From an uncultured Nitrososphaerota archaeon (GTDB lineage: Archaea; Thermoproteota; Methanomethylicia; Culexarchaeales; Culexmicrobiaceae): a DNA stretch of 64,000 nucleotides. The translations under genes and the position numbers were made by a program. Where the stretch lies: contig CAYWZQ010000001.1 in the NCBI GenBank assembly GCA_964462875.1, forward strand, positions 132,910-196,909, given 5' to 3'. Below, one piece after another: positions 58,122-64,000 of the stretch (position 1 is the stretch's first letter; each line of letters begins with the position of its first letter). The notes under the pieces were generated by a model that had not been told where the DNA came from, searched no databases, and saw only the letters and a program-made list of their open reading frames with translations.

Positions 58122-58525
58122 GAGAGGAGCTTAAAGAGAGGCTACTCAAGCTAAGAATGAAATTGAAGAGGAGAAAGCCAGACTTCCTCAGGCCTTGGCA
58201 CTGGAGATTAAAGAGGCTGGGAACTGCGTGGAGGAGGCCGAAAGGACTGGACGATAAGCATAGATTGAAGCGCAAAGGATATCCACCACCAGTTGAGGTG
58301 GGGTATAGGGGGCCAAGAGCTGTTAGGGGATTACATCCATCAGGCTATGAAGAGAAAATAGTTTACAACATTCACGATTTGGAGGGACTTGACCCCAAAA
58401 CACATGCAATAAGAATAGCCCATACAGTTGGCAGGAGAAAGAGAGCAGAAATTGTTAGGAGAGCTAGGGAATTGGGGTTAAAAATATTAAATCCCGGCGA
58501 GTTTCTTAGAGAAGCTGAAGAATAG
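58118..58525 (+). CDS. rpl32e: 50S ribosomal protein L32e
   Basis: [23 protein letters not shown]. Confidence 0.85.
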   Translation: MREELKERLLKLRMKLKRRKPDFLRPWHWRLKRLGTAWRRPKGLDDKHRLKRKGYPPPVEVGYRGPRAVRGLHPSGYEEKIVYNIHDLEGLDPKTHAIRIAHTVGRRKRAEIVRRARELGLKILNPGEFLREAEE

Positions 58526-58531
58526 CGGGGA

Positions 58532-58990
58532 ATGATAGGCATGCCAATGACGCTGAGAACTGTGCGCAGGCTTGCAGCAGACATATTGAAAGTTGGGGAA
58601 AATAGGGTATGGATAGATCCAGAAAACCTGGACAGAGTAGCTGAGGTAATGACTAGAGAGGAAGTGAGAGCACTAATAAAGCAGGGAATAATTAGAGCTA
58701 AGCCAGTTAAAGGAATAAGCAGGGCCAGAATTAGGAAAAGGAAACTTCAGAAGAAGAGAGGAAGAAGAAGGGGGCCGGGAAGCAGGAAGGGGCCTGCAAT
58801 CGATAGGAAGAGACTTTGGATAATGAAAGTAAGAGCCCAAAGAAAATTTCTGAGACTCCTAAGGAAAAGGAGAATAATAACCAAAAGAGTTTACAGGAAG
58901 CTTTACATGATGGTTAAGGGCGGGGCATTTGACAGCGTATCCCAGTTGAAGGCATATATTAGGGAGCACGGACTGGCAAGGAGGAGATAG
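58532..58990 (+). CDS. rpl19e: 50S ribosomal protein L19e
   Basis: [26 protein letters not shown]. Confidence 0.85.
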   Translation: MIGMPMTLRTVRRLAADILKVGENRVWIDPENLDRVAEVMTREEVRALIKQGIIRAKPVKGISRARIRKRKLQKKRGRRRGPGSRKGPAIDRKRLWIMKVRAQRKFLRLLRKRRIITKRVYRKLYMMVKGGAFDSVSQLKAYIREHGLARRR

Positions 58991-58991
58991 C

Positions 58992-59588
58992 ATGGCCAGG
59001 GGACCAAGATACAAGGTGCCATTTAGAAGAAGAAGAGAGGGCAAGACAAATTACAGAAAAAGATTGAAATTGATACTCTCAGGAAAGCCGAGGCTAGTTG
59101 CCAGAAAGACATTAAACCACATAATAGCTCAAGTAGTCGAAGCGAGAGTTGAGGGAGATCATGTATTAGTGGCAGCACACTCAAGCGAGCTTAGAAAGTT
59201 CGGTTGGCTAGCATCATGCGACAACACTCCAGCCGCCTACCTAACAGGCCTACTCGCAGGGTATAGGGCACTTAAAGCAGGAATAAAAGAAGCAATACTG
59301 GATATTGGACTTCACAGGCCAACCAGGGGAGCCAGAGTATTCGCAGTATTAAAGGGAGCTGTGGATGCAGGGCTCAAGGTACCTTATTCAGAAGAAATAC
59401 TTCCAAGCGAAGACAGAATTAGGGGAGAACATATAGCAAACTACGCCAAAATACTTAAAGATACGGATCCACTAAAGTACGAAAGACACTTCTCACAATA
59501 CCTGAAAAGGGGACTCTTACCGGAAGAACTTCCAAATCACTTTGAAATAGTTAGGGAGAAGATAACTAAGCTATTTAAGGAGGTATGA
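58992..59588 (+). CDS. rpl18p: 50S ribosomal protein L18 (uL18)
   Basis: [35 protein letters not shown]. Confidence 0.85.
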   Translation: MARGPRYKVPFRRRREGKTNYRKRLKLILSGKPRLVARKTLNHIIAQVVEARVEGDHVLVAAHSSELRKFGWLASCDNTPAAYLTGLLAGYRALKAGIKEAILDIGLHRPTRGARVFAVLKGAVDAGLKVPYSEEILPSEDRIRGEHIANYAKILKDTDPLKYERHFSQYLKRGLLPEELPNHFEIVREKITKLFKEV

Positions 59589-60217
59589 ACTTGAGTAGTG
59601 CTTCAAGCTATGAAATTGAGGAGTGGATTCCCAGAACGACTCTCGGTAGGCTAGTTAAGGAGGGGAAGATAACATCAATCTATCAAATATATGCAGCAAA
59701 CATGCCAATAATGGAGCCGCAAATAATTGATGTACTAGTTCCAGACCTCAAGCACGAAATACTTGACATAAGCATAGTGCAAAAGCAAACCGATGCCGGT
59801 GAAATGAGTAGGTTTAAGGTTGCAGTCGTCGTTGGGAATGAAGATGGGTTGGTTGGAATTGGAACTGCAAAAGCTAGGCAGCTTAGATTCGCCATAAATA
59901 AGGCCATAGAGAATGCCAAGCTCAACGTAATTCCCGTAAGAAGAGGATGCGGTAGCTGGGAGTGTTCGTGCAATAGGCCCCACAGCGTACCATTTAGAGT
60001 TACAGGTAAAAGTGGGAGTGTCGAAATAACACTTATACCTGCCCCCAGGGGTGTAGGGCTCGTAGCAGGAGATACTGCTAAGCTAGTATTGAAAATGGCT
60101 GGAATACAAGATGTGTGGACTAGAACAAAGGGCGAAACAAGAACAACTCTAAACTTTGCCAAGGCAACTTATGAAGCATTAAAGAAAACCTACAAGTTCA
60201 AGCTAATAGGAGTTTGA
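59585..60217 (+). CDS. rps5p: 30S ribosomal protein S5 (uS5)
   Basis: [22 protein letters not shown]. Confidence 0.9.
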   Translation: MNLSSASSYEIEEWIPRTTLGRLVKEGKITSIYQIYAANMPIMEPQIIDVLVPDLKHEILDISIVQKQTDAGEMSRFKVAVVVGNEDGLVGIGTAKARQLRFAINKAIENAKLNVIPVRRGCGSWECSCNRPHSVPFRVTGKSGSVEITLIPAPRGVGLVAGDTAKLVLKMAGIQDVWTRTKGETRTTLNFAKATYEALKKTYKFKLIGV

Positions 60218-60696
60218 TGAAATTGCCGAGGCTAATGGCAGTCATTAGAATTAGAGGAAGAGTTGGTGTTAGAAGAGAAGCAAAAGACACCCTAAAAATG
60301 CTCAGATTACATAGAAAACACCATGCAGTAATAATTGATGATAGACCAAGCTACAAGGGTATGCTAAAGAAAGTAGCAGACTACGTTACTTGGGGAGAAA
60401 TAACTCCTGAAACATTGGCATTACTCCTAAGAAAAAGGGGTGAACTTTCGGGAGGTAAAAAGCTCACAGATGAATATGTCAAGGAGAAACTGGGATTAAG
60501 CGGAATTAATGAACTTGCAAAGGCAATATTTGAAGGAAAACTAACTCTAAAAGATGTACCAGGCCTAAAACCAGTATTCAGACTTCACCCACCAAAAGGT
60601 GGATTTAAGGGAAGCACAAAAAAGCACTATAAGGCCGGTGGAGAACTAGGCTATAGGGGAATAGCCATAAATGATTTAATTAAGAGAATGTGCTAA
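60214..60696 (+). CDS. rpl30p: 50S ribosomal protein L30 (uL30)
   Basis: [34 protein letters not shown]. Confidence 0.85.
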   Translation: MMKLPRLMAVIRIRGRVGVRREAKDTLKMLRLHRKHHAVIIDDRPSYKGMLKKVADYVTWGEITPETLALLLRKRGELSGGKKLTDEYVKEKLGLSGINELAKAIFEGKLTLKDVPGLKPVFRLHPPKGGFKGSTKKHYKAGGELGYRGIAINDLIKRMC

Positions 60697-60921
60697 AACG
60701 CTTAAACCGAGCACTCAAATAAATTTCTCCTAAACTTCTCACCTTAAAGATCAGTTGAGCACTTAAAATTAATTTTCCAAATTCATCACGGAGCCGCGAA
60801 CCCGAAAAACTAATTCATGGGGAGGCAGAAAATTGATAGCAAGATTTAAGAATGACGTTTTAGAGGTGAAATTAAGAAGTTGAAGTGAGCTGACAGGGAG
60901 AAGTATTGGGAGTGAAAACTC

Positions 60922-61362
60922 ATGGTCGTTAGGAGGAGGAAGAAAATTAGGAAGTATAGGGGGAGCAGAACCTGCGGATGGGGAAGAACTGGACAGCATA
61001 GGGGTAGGGGGTTAAAGGGAGGATTTGGAAAAGCAGGTAGGCATAAGCACCTGTGGACATGGGTTGTAAAATATGCACCAGACTACTTCGGCAAGCATGG
61101 ATTTAAAACTCCACCAAGCATTAAACCGCAAATTAAACCCATAAACGTCGGCCAACTAGATGAACTGGCAGGTGAACTTGCTTCAAAAGGTTTAGCTAAA
61201 ATTGAGGAGGGAAAGATAGTAATAGATGTCTTAAAGCTCGGCTATAATAGAGTACTTGGATCGGGTAAAGTGACTAAGCCCCTAAAAATCATTGCACCAT
61301 ATATTTCAAAGAAAGCTGAAGCCAAAATAGTTCAGGCCGGAGGAGAAGTAATAAAATTATAG
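60922..61362 (+). CDS. rpl15p: 50S ribosomal protein L15 (uL15)
   Basis: KYRGSRTCGWGRTGQHRGRGLKGGFGKAGRHKH. Confidence 0.85.
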   Translation: MVVRRRKKIRKYRGSRTCGWGRTGQHRGRGLKGGFGKAGRHKHLWTWVVKYAPDYFGKHGFKTPPSIKPQIKPINVGQLDELAGELASKGLAKIEEGKIVIDVLKLGYNRVLGSGKVTKPLKIIAPYISKKAEAKIVQAGGEVIKL

Positions 61363-61401
61363 GATTCACGGCCAATATTTACTTGGTCAACATAAAGCCT
61401 A

Positions 61402-62826
61402 GTGGAGAGGACAACATTGAGGTTGCTAGATGCATTAGAGCCAATAATTAGAGTACTACCAGAAGTTTCCAGGCCGGAGAGAAAGCTTACATTAAGAGAA
61501 AGAATGATTTGGACAGCTGTAGTTCTAACGATATATCTTGTCATGAGTGAAATCCCGCTTTACGGGATAACGAGAGGTGTTGGATATGACCCATTCCTTT
61601 ACATGAGAATACTTTTCGCGGCAAAAAGAGGAACATTAATGGAGCTTGGCATAGGCCCAATAGTTACTGCAGGCCTCATAATGCAGCTACTTGTGGGCTC
61701 CAGGATCCTGGAGCTAGACTTCAATGATCCAAGAGATAGGGCACTCTTCACAGGAGCACAAAAGCTAATGGCACTAATTTGGGGTGGAATTCAGTCAATA
61801 GCCTACATTTTAGGTGGAGCATTTGGCCCACTACCTTTAGATGCAGCACTCCTAGTTTTCGTGCAGCTAATGATAGCCACGCTAATAGTCATGTTACTAG
61901 ACGAAATGGTGCAAAAGGGCTGGGGTTTAGGAAGTGGAGTAAGCCTATTCATAGCAGTAGGTATTGCTCAACAAATTATTTGGCAATCATTCTCACCACT
62001 TCTAGCTAGGGATGGAAAGTATCTTGGAGCAGTGCTCGCATTCATTCAATCACTAGTGAGCGGTGAAGAACTCATTAAAGCGCTAATTAGAACTGGAAAT
62101 CTACCGAGCATGGCCGGACTACTTACAACACTAGCAATATTCATATTGGTAATATACTTGGAGGGCATGAGGATAGAGGTCCCAGTAGCATTTGCAAAGT
62201 ATCGCGGAATAAGAGCTAAAATACCCTTAAAATTCCTCTATGTATCAAATATACCGATAATATTCACTTCAATGCTATTCGTCGACATAAAAATAATATC
62301 GCTACTACTATGGAGGCAGTTTAACCCGGAAAACGCAAATATGCTCTTAAACTGGCTTGGAATGTTCAATGCATCAGACAATAGCCCTATAGGTGGACTA
62401 GCATACTACGTAACGCCTCCAATTGGATTAGCTTCAGCAATGAGAGACCCCCTCCACTCACTAATATACAGCTTACTAGTACTACTTTCATCGGTGTTCT
62501 TCGCAGTAATATGGGTTGAAGCTGCAGGATTAAGCGCTAGAGATCAGGCACAACAGCTCGTTAGAGCGGGACTTCAAATTCCAGGATTCAGGAGCTCCCC
62601 GAGGATCATTGAGAGATTACTCGACAGATATATTCCAGTACTGACCGTGCTGAGCGGTGTAATTGTAGCGTTAATTGCGGCTATAGCAGATGTAGTTGGA
62701 GCACTGGGATCAGGTATGGGAGTGCTCCTAATGGTTGGAATAATCTACCAGTACTGGAGCATATTAACGCAAGAGCAAATAGAGGAATTATACCCAATGG
62801 TTAGAAGGATAATGGGCGAGAGGTGA
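61402..62826 (+). CDS. secY: preprotein translocase subunit SecY
   Basis: 474 aa, 10 TM helices. Conserved position after L15. Confidence 0.9.
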   Translation: MERTTLRLLDALEPIIRVLPEVSRPERKLTLRERMIWTAVVLTIYLVMSEIPLYGITRGVGYDPFLYMRILFAAKRGTLMELGIGPIVTAGLIMQLLVGSRILELDFNDPRDRALFTGAQKLMALIWGGIQSIAYILGGAFGPLPLDAALLVFVQLMIATLIVMLLDEMVQKGWGLGSGVSLFIAVGIAQQIIWQSFSPLLARDGKYLGAVLAFIQSLVSGEELIKALIRTGNLPSMAGLLTTLAIFILVIYLEGMRIEVPVAFAKYRGIRAKIPLKFLYVSNIPIIFTSMLFVDIKIISLLLWRQFNPENANMLLNWLGMFNASDNSPIGGLAYYVTPPIGLASAMRDPLHSLIYSLLVLLSSVFFAVIWVEAAGLSARDQAQQLVRAGLQIPGFRSSPRIIERLLDRYIPVLTVLSGVIVALIAAIADVVGALGSGMGVLLMVGIIYQYWSILTQEQIEELYPMVRRIMGER

Positions 62827-62897
62827 ACAATATTTTTATCCAAAAACTACTTAATAGATGAGCTAACTAAACATGCAAGGCATGCGAGCGTGAAGAC

Positions 62898-63395
62898 ATG
62901 TTCGAGGGAGTAGTTGATTGGCTTAAGAATCTTCTAGGACCATTCAGATATCCACCTCTATCCACCATATCAGTCCTAATAATAAGCATAGCTGTTGGAT
63001 TAATTACAATAGCAGTGAACTACCTATTATTAGACGTTGAGAAGCTGAAGAACTATGCAGCTGAAATATCTGAGTGGAAGAGGGAGATGAGACAAGCCCT
63101 AGCTAGCGGAGACAGAAAGAAGCTCGTGAAGTTGAGAAAGAGAGAACCATATATAAGGAAAATTGAGACAGAACTCATGGCTGAGAGATTTAAGCCCTCA
63201 CTCATATACATGATCCCACTATGGATATTCTTCATAATATTTGCAGGAGTATTCTCAACAGAAGTTGGATATGTAGCCAAGCTACCCTTCTCACTCCCAT
63301 TCGTAGGAGATAGGGCGAGCTTCGTTACTTGGTACATTATATGTTCAATTCTCACGCTTCCAATAATGCAGAAAATATTTAAGCTCACATTCTGA
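62898..63395 (+). CDS. DUF106-family membrane protein (archaeal YidC/Oxa1/EMC3-like)
   Basis: 3 TM helices plus a coiled-coil. Conserved position between secY and L34e/cmk. Confidence 0.55.
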   Translation: MFEGVVDWLKNLLGPFRYPPLSTISVLIISIAVGLITIAVNYLLLDVEKLKNYAAEISEWKREMRQALASGDRKKLVKLRKREPYIRKIETELMAERFKPSLIYMIPLWIFFIIFAGVFSTEVGYVAKLPFSLPFVGDRASFVTWYIICSILTLPIMQKIFKLTF

Positions 63396-63407
63396 AGGTG
63401 AGATAAC

Positions 63408-63695
63408 ATGCCGAGGCCAGCTCATAGATCGAGAAGCTTGAGGAGAAGGTATGTCAGGACTCCAGGTGGAAGAGTAGTAATACATTACTTCAAGAAGAGG
63501 CCAAATCCAGCTAGATGCGCACTATGTAAGAGAGAACTTCATGGAGTGCCCAGACTCAGACCATCAAAGCTCAGGCAACTACCCAAAAGCTTGAGAAGAC
63601 CAACAAGACCATTCGGCGGAAACCTCTGCCCAAAATGCCTTGAAAAGCTACTTAAGAAAGCTGTTAGGGAGGCTATAGTTCAAGTTGAAGCGTAA
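63408..63695 (+). CDS. rpl34e: 50S ribosomal protein L34e
   Basis: PRPAHRSRSLRRRYVRTPGGRVVIHYFKKRP...CALCKREL...CPKC. Confidence 0.8.
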   Translation: MPRPAHRSRSLRRRYVRTPGGRVVIHYFKKRPNPARCALCKRELHGVPRLRPSKLRQLPKSLRRPTRPFGGNLCPKCLEKLLKKAVREAIVQVEA

Positions 63696-64000
63696 ACCCG
63701 TCATAACAGTTAGTGGGCCACCTGGCTCCGGAAAAACAACATATGCAAAGAAAATAGCTGAAGTATTTGGCTTGAGATACTTTTCAACTGGAAGGTACTT
63801 TAGAGAGCTTGCAATTAAGCAGGGAATGTCACTTAAAAAATTCCACTTGAAAGCCGAGAAGGACAGCAAAATAGACTATGAAGTTGATAGAAAAGCCCTT
63901 GAAGAGGCTAAGAAGGGGGGAGTAGTCCTAGACGGACACTTAACAGGATGGACAGCTAAGGACTATGCAGATATAAAAATATATTTGACCGCCCCACTTC
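63685..64000 (+). CDS. cmk: cytidylate kinase, archaeal type (3' end outside window)
   Basis: TTG start. (M)KRKPVITVSGPPGSGKTTYAKKIAEVFGLRYFSTG. Confidence 0.7.
   Translation, partial: MKRKPVITVSGPPGSGKTTYAKKIAEVFGLRYFSTGRYFRELAIKQGMSLKKFHLKAEKDSKIDYEVDRKALEEAKKGGVVLDGHLTGWTAKDYADIKIYLTAPL

Noticed and set aside
53302-60162. Numerous 60-160-aa minus-strand ORFs across the ribosomal protein cluster (e.g. 56380..56829, 59683..60162)
   Set aside because: All are antisense to highly conserved r-protein genes and show no recognisable motifs.
60769-60999. 76-aa minus-strand ORF in the L30-L15 gap
   Set aside because: It has Pro/Ser-rich low complexity, overlaps the L15 start, and is antisense to the operon direction. 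The gap itself is kept as a finding.

Overview
This 64 kb window is a chromosomal segment from a crenarchaeon, probably Thermoproteales-like. The evidence is an archaeal histone gene, crenarchaeal ribosomal proteins (L13e, L34e, S4e, L19e, L32e), tRNAs with non-canonical introns, and about 41% GC. The right third (52.8-64 kb) is the conserved L22-S3-L29-Rpp29-S17-L14-L24-S4e-L5-S14-S8-L6-L32e-L19e-L18-S5-L30-L15-SecY-DUF106-L34e-Cmk ribosomal cluster. Its uS19 gene sits apart, on the opposite strand, at 49171..49584. The middle (25-52 kb) is housekeeping: ArgRS, Trm14-like MTase, HtpX, TIM, FBP aldolase/phosphatase, ABCE1, ChlI-like ATPase, IOR plus ADP-forming acyl-CoA synthetase plus MoaD-like, radical SAM proteins, S17e, histone, L13e, MFS, threonine dehydratase plus RidA, and a PPP phosphatase. 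The left end holds class I LysRS (partial), endonuclease IV, family B DNA polymerase, prepilin peptidase PibD, and a divergent cluster of four small proteins with N-terminal hydrophobic anchors. Three tRNAs are present: Arg-CCG, Arg-GCG with a 27-nt non-canonical intron, and Ser-CGA with an intron. Two accessory regions stand out. (1) At 11.9-17 kb, next to tRNA-Arg, lies a decayed island of toxin-antitoxin-like modules: UPF0175 copies, a truncated DUF3368 PIN, a TumE/DUF6516-like pair, a fused DUF433/DUF5615 remnant, and an RHH plus COG1373 AAA+ ATPase operon preceded by a dense GTAC motif array. (2) At 19.5-24.9 kb is the most interesting locus. Three paralogous secreted proteins carry SipW-cognate-type signal peptides (TasA/camelysin-like motif G-x-T-Y-A-H-W-S-D). 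Next to them is a type I signal peptidase (S26 boxes SGSMRPT/GD/HRV/GDAN) fused to a large N-terminal polytopic membrane domain, a bitopic membrane protein, and two paralogous wHTH regulators. This composition predicts a TasA/Abp/thread-like extracellular filament system of unusual make-up. No CRISPR array, integrase, rRNA or transposase was seen.
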